From Nanobdellota archaeon (GTDB lineage: Archaea > Nanobdellota > Nanobdellia > SCGC-AAA011-G17 > GW2011-AR20), in contig JBBSXG010000025.1 in assembly GCA_038045885.1 (NCBI GenBank), positions 1 through 32,180 of the forward strand: 32,180 nucleotides of DNA. The letters are read 5' to 3'. The position numbers and the translations under genes are program-made. This document shows positions 1 to 9,276 of this stretch, in pieces; the stretch's first letter is position 1, and each line of letters opens with the position of its first letter. A model generated the notes under the pieces. It did no database searches. It was not told where the DNA came from and saw only the letters and a program-made list of their open reading frames with translations.

Positions 1-1850
1 TTAATGCAATTAATTTGGTTATTGAAAATAAAGAAACTAATTTTGAAGAATTAATCAAAGTTATTCATGGTCCTGATTTTCCTACTGGGGGAATTATTTC
101 AGGAAAACAAGGAATTATAGAGGCATATAAAACAGGAAGGGGAAAAATTATTGTAAGAGCTAAAACAAAAATAGAACCAAGAAAAATTATTGTAGAAGAA
201 ATTCCTTATCAAGTTAATAAAACATTTTTAATTGAGAGTATAGCAGATTTAGTCAAAGATAAAAAAGTAGAGGGGATAAGCGATATAAGAGATGAAAGTG
301 ACAGGAAAGGAATGAGGCTAGTTATTGAATTAAAAAAAGATGTTAATGCTGAGATAATTTTAAATCAATTATATCAATATACTCAATTACAGGAAACTTT
401 TGGAATAATAATGTTGGCATTAGATGAAAATAAGCCTAAAATATTAAATTTAAAAGAATTAATTAATATTTTTATCAAGCATAGATTTAATGTTGTCACA
501 AAAAGAACTGAATTTGATTTAAATAAAGCTAGTAAAAGAGCTCATATCTTAGAAGGATTAAAGATTGCATTGCAAGATATAGATAATGTAATTACATTAA
601 TAAAACAAAGTAAAAATGCTGAAATTGCAAGATTTAGTTTAATTAATAATTATAATTTAACAGATGAGCAAGCTATCGCAATATTAGATACTAAATTACA
701 AAGATTAACTTCATTAGAACAGGATAAGATACAGCAAGAGTATAAAGATTTACTTGAATTAATAAAAAACTTAAATGAAATATTAGCAGATGATAAAAAA
801 ATATATCAAGTTATTAAAGATGAATTAAGTGAGATAAGATCTAAATACAAAGATGAAAGAAAAACATTAATTGAGGATGCAAGAGATGAAGTTTTATCAG
901 AGGATTTAATACAAAAAGAAGATGTTGTTGTTACAATGACTTATTCAGGATATATTAAACAAACATCTTTAACAGAATACAGACAGCAAAAACGCGGTGG
1001 CAAAGGAATTATAGCCACAAATATGAAAGATGAGGATATTGTAAGAGATTTATTTATTACAAACAATTTAAACACATTATTATTCTTTACAAATAAAGGA
1101 AAATGCTTCCAGTTAAAGACATATGAACTTCCATTAGAAGGAAGATATTCAAAAGGAAAAGCCATTGTTAACTTATTAAGATTAGAACAAGATGAAAAAG
1201 TAACTGCAATATTGCCAATAACAAAATTTGATGATAGTTATTTAATATTTGTTACTAAAAGAGGTGTTGCAAAGAAAACCTCATTAAAGGAATATGAAAA
1301 TCCTAGAAGTTCTGGATTAAACGCCATTAAATTATTAGACAAGGATGAATTAGTAAATGTTGTATTAACTTCTGGAAAAGATAATATAATTATTGCCACA
1401 AAACAGGGAAGTGCTTCAAGATTTAATGAAGCAGATGTTACAAGCGTTGGAAGAAATTCTTCTGGAGTTAGGGGCATTAAATTAGAACAGGGAGATGAAG
1501 TAATTGGAATGGAAAAAGCATTAGATAATTTAACATTATTAACAATCACAAGCAATGGTTATGGTAAGAGAACCAAGGTTGATGAATACAGGTTGATTAA
1601 AAGAGGCGGAAAGGGAGTTATTAATATATTAACAAAGTATTTGAAAAAAGACTCAAGAAATGAGGATGTTGTAACAATAAAAACTGTTTCTGATGAAGAT
1701 GAAATAATGTTGATAACAGAAAAAGGAATTACAATAAGAATGCCTGTCAAGCAAATTAATACAATAGGAAGAAATACTTCTGGAGTAAGAATAATTAAGT
1801 TAGAGAATAATGATAAAGTAAGTTCAGTAGCTAAAATAAGCAAAGATTAA
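1..1850 (+). CDS. gyrA: DNA gyrase subunit A, 5'-truncated by the window edge (end of the N-terminal domain plus the beta-pinwheel C-terminal domain)
   Basis: The frame is open back to nt 3 (..NAINLVIENKE..), and the tracked start at 15 is only a TTG. HGPDFPTGG and EAYKTGRGK motifs are present. Repeated C-terminal blades have basic/Gly turns (QQKRGGKG, GRNSSGVRG, RLIKRGGKG, GRNTSGVR). Confidence 0.93.
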   Translation, partial: NAINLVIENKETNFEELIKVIHGPDFPTGGIISGKQGIIEAYKTGRGKIIVRAKTKIEPRKIIVEEIPYQVNKTFLIESIADLVKDKKVEGISDIRDESDRKGMRLVIELKKDVNAEIILNQLYQYTQLQETFGIIMLALDENKPKILNLKELINIFIKHRFNVVTKRTEFDLNKASKRAHILEGLKIALQDIDNVITLIKQSKNAEIARFSLINNYNLTDEQAIAILDTKLQRLTSLEQDKIQQEYKDLLELIKNLNEILADDKKIYQVIKDELSEIRSKYKDERKTLIEDARDEVLSEDLIQKEDVVVTMTYSGYIKQTSLTEYRQQKRGGKGIIATNMKDEDIVRDLFITNNLNTLLFFTNKGKCFQLKTYELPLEGRYSKGKAIVNLLRLEQDEKVTAILPITKFDDSYLIFVTKRGVAKKTSLKEYENPRSSGLNAIKLLDKDELVNVVLTSGKDNIIIATKQGSASRFNEADVTSVGRNSSGVRGIKLEQGDEVIGMEKALDNLTLLTITSNGYGKRTKVDEYRLIKRGGKGVINILTKYLKKDSRNEDVVTIKTVSDEDEIMLITEKGITIRMPVKQINTIGRNTSGVRIIKLENNDKVSSVAKISKD

Positions 1851-2434
1851 TTTAAATATTTTAAAGCTAATTTTTTAAATCTTTTAGGATAAGATTTTAA
1901 ATAAGAATTAAGTTTATTTTTATTTATCTTTTTTTTAATATTATTTAAAACTTTTTTATCAACCTTTTCTTTAAAATAAATTATATCGATAAGAGTTTTT
2001 TCTAAATCAGAGTAAGGTAAATAAAAATTTCCTTGTTTATTATAATTAAATCCAAAAAGATATTTTTTATTTAATCTTCTAATTAAAACGTTTCCATCGA
2101 GTATTTCTCTTACTCCAGACCTAACTTTTCTAGAAGTTATTATTATAGGAATAGTTTCTTGCTCCCATAGATTATAAAAGCTTAAAGCATCCTGTAATCC
2201 CAAGTAAGAGGGTTTAAACGCGAAAACACTTATGGAATTATCATTATATCTGGTGTAATAACCCTTAGTTAATCTTTTAATTTTTCCTTTTAAAATTAAA
2301 TTTTTTATAAGATGTTTTGTATACTGTTTAACATTTTTTTTATATTTTACTATTAATTCTATAGAGTTATAATCAACAACAGGGCTTTTTGTAAATAATT
2401 CCTTTACTTTAATGAGATATTTTTGCTTTCCCAT
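1847..2434 (-). CDS. AbiEi-like winged-helix protein (putative type IV antitoxin / transcriptional regulator)
   Basis: The N-terminal region resembles an AbiEi wHTH ending in the ..G.I.RLTKGYYTR motif (family pattern: l.rv.rG.Y). Its start lies 1 nt after the stop of the upstream AbiEii-like gene. 195 aa. Confidence 0.5.
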   Translation of the reverse strand: MGKQKYLIKVKELFTKSPVVDYNSIELIVKYKKNVKQYTKHLIKNLILKGKIKRLTKGYYTRYNDNSISVFAFKPSYLGLQDALSFYNLWEQETIPIIITSRKVRSGVREILDGNVLIRRLNKKYLFGFNYNKQGNFYLPYSDLEKTLIDIIYFKEKVDKKVLNNIKKKINKNKLNSYLKSYPKRFKKLALKYLN

Positions 2435-2435
2435 T

Positions 2436-3071
2436 TTAAATATAATTTTTAATATAATCCAACATCTTTTCCACTCTAGGGATTAAACCTTCTAAAATTA
2501 AAATTTTTAATTCATTTTCATCTACAGGTTTTTTAAAATCTTTTACAAATTTTTGAAGATTGCTTTTTATTTTGCTATTGTCTTCTGCATATTTTAGCAA
2601 AAAAAAGATATCATATAAATCCCTAATCTTCAGCCTGTTTAAGTAAGCATTAATCTTCTCATTTACCAGTTCTTCTGCTGTTAAGGTATAAACACTAATA
2701 AAATTTCCTTCACTCGTTTCATAATCCTTTAATCTTCCATCTTTGTATTTAAAAATAGCTTCAAATCTAATATAGTTTCTATTTAATTCTAATTCAGAAT
2801 ATAGGCTATTTTCAGCTATTTTCTTTTTTACAATGGTAAATCCTTTTTTCTCTAAGTTCGAGAATAATATTTGTAGTTTATTAATATCTTTTTTCAGATA
2901 AACATCCAAATCTTCGCTGAATCTATTGCCTTTATAGCATCTCCATATAGCCGTACCACCATGAATTACTGCATTATTAAAAACTTTATAGAGTTCCTGA
3001 ACTAACAAATCCTGGGCTAAAGCTATATTCTTATGCAGTTCCTTCTTCAATTTTAGTATTATAGGGATCAT
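2436..3071 (-). CDS. AbiEii/AbiGii-family nucleotidyltransferase (putative type IV toxin)
   Basis: HGGTAIWRCYKGNRFSEDLDVY matches the hGG(T/S)Al...R.S.DlD signature of DUF1814/AbiEii NTases. I prefer the ATG at 3071 (MIPIILK..) over the tracked TTG at 3083. Confidence 0.68.
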   Translation of the reverse strand: MIPIILKLKKELHKNIALAQDLLVQELYKVFNNAVIHGGTAIWRCYKGNRFSEDLDVYLKKDINKLQILFSNLEKKGFTIVKKKIAENSLYSELELNRNYIRFEAIFKYKDGRLKDYETSEGNFISVYTLTAEELVNEKINAYLNRLKIRDLYDIFFLLKYAEDNSKIKSNLQKFVKDFKKPVDENELKILILEGLIPRVEKMLDYIKNYI

Positions 3072-3085
3072 TTTAATAATCAACC

Positions 3086-3109
3086 AAAGTTATAGATATA
3101 TATAACTTT
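3086..3109. promoter_or_regulatory. 24-nt near-perfect palindrome overlapping a TATA-like box, directly upstream of the AbiEii-like gene (candidate operator)
   Basis: AAAGTTATAGATATATATAACTTT, with 11 of 12 positions self-complementary. Its centre is ~26 nt upstream of the ATG at 3071. Confidence 0.5.
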
Positions 3110-3173
3110 CGTTTATTTATAAATTTATCGGTTTTATGTAGTTTCTTCAATAGTTAAAATAAGTAAAGAATAA

Positions 3174-3476
3174 TTAATCCATAATTTTTCTTAGGAATGC
3201 TGGTTTTCCATTTTGAAGGCTTGGCATTTCATATGCTGCAATTACATTTTCTAAATTTAAATGGGCAAACCGATCTCCATAAAAGATATGTGGGTGTAAA
3301 GTAATACTGGTTTCTGTAATACCAGCTATACGCCCTTCTAAATAATTTAATTCATTTTCTTCTTCATCAAAAATGAATAACATTGCATCATCTAAACATT
3401 TTTTTAATCTTTTATATTTAAAAGAAGAATCAATATCTAAATTTTCTCTTTCATCAAAGATTTCTCTTAATTCCAT
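3174..3476 (-). CDS. hypothetical protein (100 aa)
   Basis: A clean ORF with its own AT-rich upstream region, divergent from the 3579 gene. No motif recognised. Confidence 0.5.
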   Translation of the reverse strand: MELREIFDERENLDIDSSFKYKRLKKCLDDAMLFIFDEEENELNYLEGRIAGITETSITLHPHIFYGDRFAHLNLENVIAAYEMPSLQNGKPAFLRKIMD

Positions 3477-3578
3477 AAAATTATAGAAAGATATAATTTT
3501 AAAAAGCTATCGTTTAATAACTTCAAAGTAACTTAAAGTCTAAAAAGTATTTATATACTAGTTTATTTTACTGTTTTT

Positions 3579-5738
3579 ATGGCAAAATCACAGAATATCA
3601 TAATGCTTGTAGGAATTTTAGTTATCCTCTTGTTAATGATAACTATCTTTCCATTGACTCAACCTAAATTAACTAATCAATATGGAGAGTTAAAGAAGTT
3701 TTCATCTTTGGAAGAATTAAATGAATTTTTAAAACAAACCCAAACACAGCCTAATTATATAAATACTTTAGATAGCATAACTCCAATGGCCGATGTTCAA
3801 AAATCAATTACAAGCGCAGAATCAAGTGGAAGTTCTAGTGGTTCAGTAGATTATTCACAAACTAATATACAAGTTCAAGGAGTTGATGAGGCAGATATAG
3901 TAAAAAATGATGACAAGTATATTTATGTTGCTTCAAGCGGAAAAATAAGTATAATTGAGGCTTATCCTGCAAATACTGCAAAGGTATCAACTGAATTAGA
4001 TATAAATGGAACTGCACATGAAATCTTTATTAATGAAAATAAGTTAGTTGTATTTGGATCTGAAAATTATTATGGGGGATCTGGCGGAGTAATGCCTTTA
4101 GAAAGAAAAGTAGCTTCTATTGCAATATTTCCTCCAATTTATTATGCTCCTCAATCTTTTATTAAAGTCTATGATATACAAGATAAAGAAAACCCAAAAT
4201 TAGAAAAAGAAGTTGTTTATGATGGAGATTATTATGATTCAAGAATGATTGATGATTATGTGTATGTAATTGCTAATCAGCCAATTAATTACAATAACGA
4301 GGTTGTAATGCCTATAATAAAAAATGATGATAATGAAGTTAAAATTGCTGCAGAAGATATTTACTATTTTAACGTGCCTTATTATGATTACAGATTAACA
4401 ACAATTTTTGCAGTTAACTTAGACAATTTAGAGTTAAATAAAAATAGTTTTTTAACAGGTTACTCACAAAATATATTTGTTTCAAGAGATAATATTTACT
4501 TAACAACACAAAAATATATTCCTCAAACAGAATATGAAGATTTAGAAGAAGAGATAATAAAACAGGGATTAATTCCTTTGGTGGATGAAAGCACGGCACA
4601 AAAAATAAGAAGTATATTAAATAAGAATGATAATATTTATGAAAAACAGCAAGAGATTCAAGAAGTACTTGCATCTTATTATAATAAATTAGGTTCAAAT
4701 GAGAAAGAAGATTTGTTAAAAGATTATGATAAAAGAGCTTTAGAAATAAGAGCTGAATTCCAAAAAAACTCTGAAAAAACCATAATCCATAAGATTTCTG
4801 TAAGTAATGATCAAATAGAATACAAAGCAAAAGGAGAAGTTTCAGGAAGAACATTAAATCAATTTTCAATGGACGAGTATCAAGGTAATTTCAGAATAGC
4901 CACAACAACAGGAGATACTTGGTCAGGAAATTCATTGAATCATGTTTATGTTTTAGATGAAGGAATGAGTATCATAGGAAAATTAGAAGATTTAGCAAGA
5001 ACAGAACAAATATTTTCAGTAAGATTTATTGAAGACAGAGCTTATCTTGTTACTTTCAAGAATATAGATCCTTTATTTGTTATTGATTTAAGCAATCCAG
5101 AAAATCCTGAAGTACTTGGAGAATTAAAAATTCCAGGATATTCAAATTATTTGCATCCTTATGATAGTACTCATATTATTGGAATAGGAAAAGAAGCTAT
5201 TGATTCAGGTGAAAATAGCAATTTTGCATTATATCAAGGAGTTAAACTAGCTTTGTTTGATGTTTCAGATGTTTCAAATCCTAAAGAAATAAGCAAATTT
5301 AACATTGGAGACAGAGGAACTGATTCACGAGCATTATACGAACATAAAGCATTTTTATTTAATAAAGAAAAAGAATTATTAGTTATTCCTATATCATTAA
5401 ATGAAGTAAATGCTGCAGATTACCCTAATGGAATTCCTGCTAATGCTTATGGTGAATTAACATTCCAAGGAGCTTATGTATTATCATTAAATTTAGAAGA
5501 TGGTTTTGAATTAAAAGGTAAGATAACCCATTTAACTGATGAAGAACTTGCTAAATTTGGCAAAGAAAGATATTATTATCCTAGTTATGGAAGCGAGATA
5601 ACAAGAAGTTTGTTTATAGATAATGTTCTTTATACAATCTCGAGTAAATATATTAAAGCTAATAGCTTAGATAATTTACAGGAACTTAATAAACTTAAGT
5701 TGCCTTTTGAAGAAAATATTTATTCTATACTTTATTAA
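3579..5738 (+). CDS. secreted/anchored beta-propeller domain protein (PF09826-like)
   Basis: N-terminal hydrophobic anchor IIMLVGILVILLLMITIFPL. Motifs VQGVDEADIVKNDDKYIYV, NQFSMDEYQGNFRIATT, FSVRFIEDRAYLVTFKNIDPLFVIDLSNPENP and GYSNYLHPYD match my recollection of the 'Beta propeller domain' family. Confidence 0.72.
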   Translation: MAKSQNIIMLVGILVILLLMITIFPLTQPKLTNQYGELKKFSSLEELNEFLKQTQTQPNYINTLDSITPMADVQKSITSAESSGSSSGSVDYSQTNIQVQGVDEADIVKNDDKYIYVASSGKISIIEAYPANTAKVSTELDINGTAHEIFINENKLVVFGSENYYGGSGGVMPLERKVASIAIFPPIYYAPQSFIKVYDIQDKENPKLEKEVVYDGDYYDSRMIDDYVYVIANQPINYNNEVVMPIIKNDDNEVKIAAEDIYYFNVPYYDYRLTTIFAVNLDNLELNKNSFLTGYSQNIFVSRDNIYLTTQKYIPQTEYEDLEEEIIKQGLIPLVDESTAQKIRSILNKNDNIYEKQQEIQEVLASYYNKLGSNEKEDLLKDYDKRALEIRAEFQKNSEKTIIHKISVSNDQIEYKAKGEVSGRTLNQFSMDEYQGNFRIATTTGDTWSGNSLNHVYVLDEGMSIIGKLEDLARTEQIFSVRFIEDRAYLVTFKNIDPLFVIDLSNPENPEVLGELKIPGYSNYLHPYDSTHIIGIGKEAIDSGENSNFALYQGVKLALFDVSDVSNPKEISKFNIGDRGTDSRALYEHKAFLFNKEKELLVIPISLNEVNAADYPNGIPANAYGELTFQGAYVLSLNLEDGFELKGKITHLTDEELAKFGKERYYYPSYGSEITRSLFIDNVLYTISSKYIKANSLDNLQELNKLKLPFEENIYSILY

Positions 5739-5741
5739 ATT

Positions 5742-5849
5742 TTAGTTTATATCTTTATCAAACCAAGGAGATTTTCTACCAGGTAATTGCTCATACCATT
5801 TCTAAACATATAACGCTAAATCCCAACCATCAAAAGGAAATTCTAATTC
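5742..5849 (-). pseudogene. decayed coding fragment with an in-frame TAG (ELEFPFDGWDLALYV*KWYEQLPGRKSPWFDKDIN*)
   Basis: Manual translation of the minus strand gives protein-like sequence that is interrupted by a stop. It is in a different frame from the adjacent 5843-6157 ORF. Confidence 0.35.
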
Positions 5850-6157
5850 TTAGTTCTCTTGTAATAAATCTGTAAGTCCTCCCAATTTCTTTCATGAAAT
5901 AAATTTTGAAAACTATTCTCATTTTGTCGCATCCAGCTTTGTATAAAACCAATGATATTTTTTATATCCATTTTATACATAATGGTCATAATGCTTCCCC
6001 ATCTGCAACTATCAATACAATCTCCAAGATAATACCCTTTCATATGGTTACTTCCCATCAGAAACTCAGCTTCTGCTTTTGGATTCCTAGTTGATTCTTT
6101 CAAGAAAGAAGTTTCCTTACCTTCAAGTACTCTTCTCATCTTATAAGGAATTCTCAT
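5843..6157 (-). CDS. hypothetical protein (104 aa), possibly part of the same decayed gene as 5742-5849
   Basis: ORF only. It lies 35 nt downstream of the M50 protease gene, and no motif is recognised. Confidence 0.3.
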   Translation of the reverse strand: MRIPYKMRRVLEGKETSFLKESTRNPKAEAEFLMGSNHMKGYYLGDCIDSCRWGSIMTIMYKMDIKNIIGFIQSWMRQNENSFQNLFHERNWEDLQIYYKRTKN

Positions 6158-6192
6158 TTTGTCTGGATTAATCTAAAAGCTTAAAAAGATAT

Positions 6193-6780
6193 TTAAAGAA
6201 CAAATAAGAATACTACAGCAACTGCGACTATTGCTATCCAGACTCCTTTGCTCCATTGAAATATTTTTCTGCCATCAAATTCCCATATCGGAATCATGTT
6301 GAATAATGCTAACCAGGAATTTATAAAAAACCCATATTCTCCGATTAAATTTATATTAGCATTAATATCTAAATACTTTATTATTAAAAAGATTATAGCT
6401 AAAAATAGATTCATTAAAGGACCAACAGCTGATATTTTTCCATATCTTTGAATATTAATATTCCCTCCAGCAATCATTACAGCACCTGGAGCGGCAAATA
6501 TAGCTCCTAAGAAAAAACTCATTGCCAAAGCAAGTACTAACATTATATCAAAACTTCTAAACTCTGCTATCGCCCCATATTTTTGTGCGACTACCTTATG
6601 ACTTAACTCATGAAGTAAAAATCCAACTCCAACAGTTACTGCAGACAAGAATAGATTAAATAAAAATTTATCAGTAAAACTCCTATTGCTGATAATTACC
6701 GCAAAAGCTACTGAAATGACTACCCATGCTTTTAATATATCAACAATTTCTCTTTTTGATGTTTCAATCTTTCCTTTCAT
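6193..6780 (-). CDS. site-2 protease family zinc metalloprotease (peptidase M50)
   Basis: HELSHK (HExxH) lies inside a multi-TM protein, followed later by NMIPIWEFDGRK (the second conserved ..DG motif of M50). Confidence 0.8.
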   Translation of the reverse strand: MKGKIETSKREIVDILKAWVVISVAFAVIISNRSFTDKFLFNLFLSAVTVGVGFLLHELSHKVVAQKYGAIAEFRSFDIMLVLALAMSFFLGAIFAAPGAVMIAGGNINIQRYGKISAVGPLMNLFLAIIFLIIKYLDINANINLIGEYGFFINSWLALFNMIPIWEFDGRKIFQWSKGVWIAIVAVAVVFLFVL

Positions 6781-6836
6781 GAGGATATTTAATAATTAAT
6801 CATTATTAAATTTAACTATTTATTGTAATGTAAACT

Positions 6837-7109
6837 CTACGGGGCATGATTTTTAATAATAGTTGCTATTTCTATGAGCTTTTTCCACTTATTCTTGCCT
6901 AAATCTAGAGAAAACCCTGCTTCCTCTACTGGTGTTTTGCCTAATGTCATGTGATTTCTAACAAAGTTATACCAAATAACATAACCATCCAGAATAGCAT
7001 TAGCACTTCTGAAATTCTTAAACCAATACATTAATTGAGTTCTTTCTTTAATATTTCTAAAGAATCTCTCAATCTTAACATTGTGTTTTCCTGTTTTGCT
7101 TGTATTCAA
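6837..7109 (-). pseudogene. C-terminal fragment of a DDE-type (integrase-core) transposase; IS remnant
   Basis: NVKIERFFRNIKERT (the N..(I/V)ER..r.lK.r block that carries the catalytic Glu) and WYNFVRNHMTLGKTPVEEAG (YN..RPH..L.g.TP). The N-terminal DD part is missing, and the upstream 96 nt gives only a 22-aa out-of-frame piece. Confidence 0.65.
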
Positions 7110-7205
7110 AATAATATGCTAACCGTTAATCCTCCGACTTTACTTGCTTTAAAGCCTCTTTCAAGTATACCCATAATGAATAAATAATAGAAATGATTAT
7201 AAAGA

Positions 7206-8435
7206 TTACTTTATGATATTAGCGTATCCTATTAATCTCCATCTAGTTCCTAATCTTCTTGATATTGTAATCCTATCAATAGTATTGCATGTTACGGGAA
7301 CTTTCAATTTAATATGAACCAAATCTTTTTTAAGTTCAACTACAGTACCAACAGTAGCTGCAGAATTAACATTCAACATTAAAAATTCGCTTTTCTTTAT
7401 AGCCTCAACTAGTATCTCATCTTTGATTCCAATTATTCTTTTTAGTAAATGGGGCTCTAATGTAAATTCATAATAAGTTTGAGGGAGTTTTCCCTTTAAT
7501 CCCACTAAAGACCCAGTTAAAGAATCTGCTTTTACTAATCTAGGGTCTAATTTAGTTAATATCCCAGCAGAACCTCCAGGATGTAATTCATTTATAGAAG
7601 AACTTCCAGAAACTAAACTTTCTATTTTAGTTGTTAAAGGCTCCCATGTTGTTCTTCCTTGAAATTCTTTTTTTATTCCTGGCTTAATCTCAATTTCATC
7701 ATTCACATTTAATTTTCCTTGTTTTAGGCTTCCGCCAAGAACCCCGCCTTTCAAATTTTGTATATTTGTTCCAGGCCTGTTAATATCAAAACTTCTTGCT
7801 ACATAAAATAAAGGATCTTTGTCCTCATCTCTTTTTGGTGTTTTAATATGTTCTTCTATAGTTTTTAATAAAGAATCAATATTAACATTATGATGTGCAC
7901 TTATAGGAATTATTGGAGAATCTTCAGCTATTGTTCCTTTAATAAAAACTTTAATTTGTTTATAATTTTCAATAGCTTGTTCATTAGTAACTAAATCAAC
8001 TTTATTTTGTACAATAATAATATTCTTTACTCCAATAATTTCTAAGGCAATTAAATGCTCTTTAGTTTGAGGTTGAGGGCATTGTTCATTTGCAGCAACT
8101 AACAACAAAGCGCCATCCATTATAGCTGCACCAGATAACATTGTAACCATTAAGGTTTCGTGCCCAGGAGCATCAACTAAGGATATTTTTCTCTTTAATT
8201 CGCATTTTTCGCATAATTTCTTTGAGCTATAACCATGTTCCTTGCATTCGTATATAGAAAAATCAGCGTATCCTAATCTTATTGTTATTCCACGTTTTAA
8301 TTCTTCTGAATGAGTATCTGTCCATCTTCCAGAGAGTCTTTCAACTAAAGTAGTTTTCCCGTGATCTACATGCCCAACTAATCCTAAATTAATTTCAGGT
8401 TGTACAAATTCTTTCTTAGACTTAGATTTTACCAT
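7206..8435 (-). CDS. eif2g: translation initiation factor aIF2 gamma subunit
   Basis: GHVDHGKTT, DAPGHE and NKVDL GTPase motifs, a Cys knuckle CKEHGYSSKKLCEKC, and 409 aa. Confidence 0.95.
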   Translation of the reverse strand: MVKSKSKKEFVQPEINLGLVGHVDHGKTTLVERLSGRWTDTHSEELKRGITIRLGYADFSIYECKEHGYSSKKLCEKCELKRKISLVDAPGHETLMVTMLSGAAIMDGALLLVAANEQCPQPQTKEHLIALEIIGVKNIIIVQNKVDLVTNEQAIENYKQIKVFIKGTIAEDSPIIPISAHHNVNIDSLLKTIEEHIKTPKRDEDKDPLFYVARSFDINRPGTNIQNLKGGVLGGSLKQGKLNVNDEIEIKPGIKKEFQGRTTWEPLTTKIESLVSGSSSINELHPGGSAGILTKLDPRLVKADSLTGSLVGLKGKLPQTYYEFTLEPHLLKRIIGIKDEILVEAIKKSEFLMLNVNSAATVGTVVELKKDLVHIKLKVPVTCNTIDRITISRRLGTRWRLIGYANIIK

Positions 8436-8467
8436 TAATATAGTTTTTAGAAAAAGTATTTATAAAC

Positions 8468-8890
8468 TTATTCTTTAGTTTCTTCGGCTTTAACTTCTGA
8501 GTTTTCTTTAGAAGTTTTGCCAAATGCTTCTTCTAATGATTTACTTCCTTCTTTAACAACTTTTAAATTTACTTGAGAAGTTAATTGTGAGATGGTGTTT
8601 CCTGCAATTGATTTTTTTATTCTCAATCCTTTTTTATTAATCTTAGTTCCAATGTTTCCTTTAGTCATAAAAACTCTCTTTCTTCCTATGCCTTCAACAT
8701 CTCTTCTCATTGGAAATCCTTCTTTATCTGATCCACCAGTAATTTCGAATTCATATCCTTTAAATCCAAGATGTCCTCCTTCAATTTTATCTCTAATCTT
8801 CTTTCCAACTAGATTAGAACTTTCCTCAGTACTTAACTGTTTAGAATAACTTTTTCCTTTTTCTCCAATAACAATTTTAAATTCTGGCAT
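8468..8890 (-). CDS. rps6e: 30S ribosomal protein S6e
   Basis: N-terminus MPEFKIVIGEKGKSY and ..GGSDKEGFPMRRDV.. are typical of eS6. Confidence 0.92.
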   Translation of the reverse strand: MPEFKIVIGEKGKSYSKQLSTEESSNLVGKKIRDKIEGGHLGFKGYEFEITGGSDKEGFPMRRDVEGIGRKRVFMTKGNIGTKINKKGLRIKKSIAGNTISQLTSQVNLKVVKEGSKSLEEAFGKTSKENSEVKAEETKE

Positions 8891-8901
8891 TTTTAATTAA
8901 C

Positions 8902-9270
8902 CTATCCAAAAAGGAGAGATTCTATTGCTGGTCTTTTATCATAAATTTTAACATTTTCAAAGCCTTCTTTATTAAGAGTATAAAAAAACTGTTGAATATT
9001 ATCATCAAAATGTTCTGTACATGATAAGTTTATATCTTTTATTTCATAAGATTGATGATTTGGTATAATAACTATATTTCTCTTTTTATCCTCTTCTTTA
9101 ACAGAAAAATAAGCAAAAATTTTATCTTCTCCATTAAATAATCCGTAAGGAAGTTCCTGTAATAATGAAAACAAAAAGTGTTTTCTTAGTCCTGTTTCAC
9201 GGGTTAAAGTTCTATCTATTAAACTTCTTTGTTTTACTCCAGTCATAATACCTTGTGGAAATCCATCCAT
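8902..9270 (-). CDS. hypothetical protein (122 aa) between aIF5B and S6e
   Basis: The ORF is tightly packed in a co-directional operon (6 nt after the infB stop, 11 nt before the S6e start). No motif recognised. Confidence 0.5.
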   Translation of the reverse strand: MDGFPQGIMTGVKQRSLIDRTLTRETGLRKHFLFSLLQELPYGLFNGEDKIFAYFSVKEEDKKRNIVIIPNHQSYEIKDINLSCTEHFDDNIQQFFYTLNKEGFENVKIYDKRPAIESLLFG

Positions 9271-9276
9271 ATTAGT

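Noticed and set aside
941-1843. Three minus-strand ORFs (941-1165, 1238-1555, 1559-1843) inside gyrA
   Set aside because: They are antisense shadows of a strongly supported gene. Their hydrophobic, low-complexity translations are typical of AT-rich antisense frames.
4414-4869. 151-aa minus-strand ORF inside the beta-propeller gene
   Set aside because: It is an antisense shadow with a Leu/Phe-rich nonsense composition.
5906-6094. 62-aa plus-strand ORF
   Set aside because: It lies entirely antisense to the 5843-6157 ORF in a decayed region and has no start context.
8592-8849. 85-aa plus-strand ORF inside rps6e
   Set aside because: It is an antisense shadow of a ribosomal protein gene.
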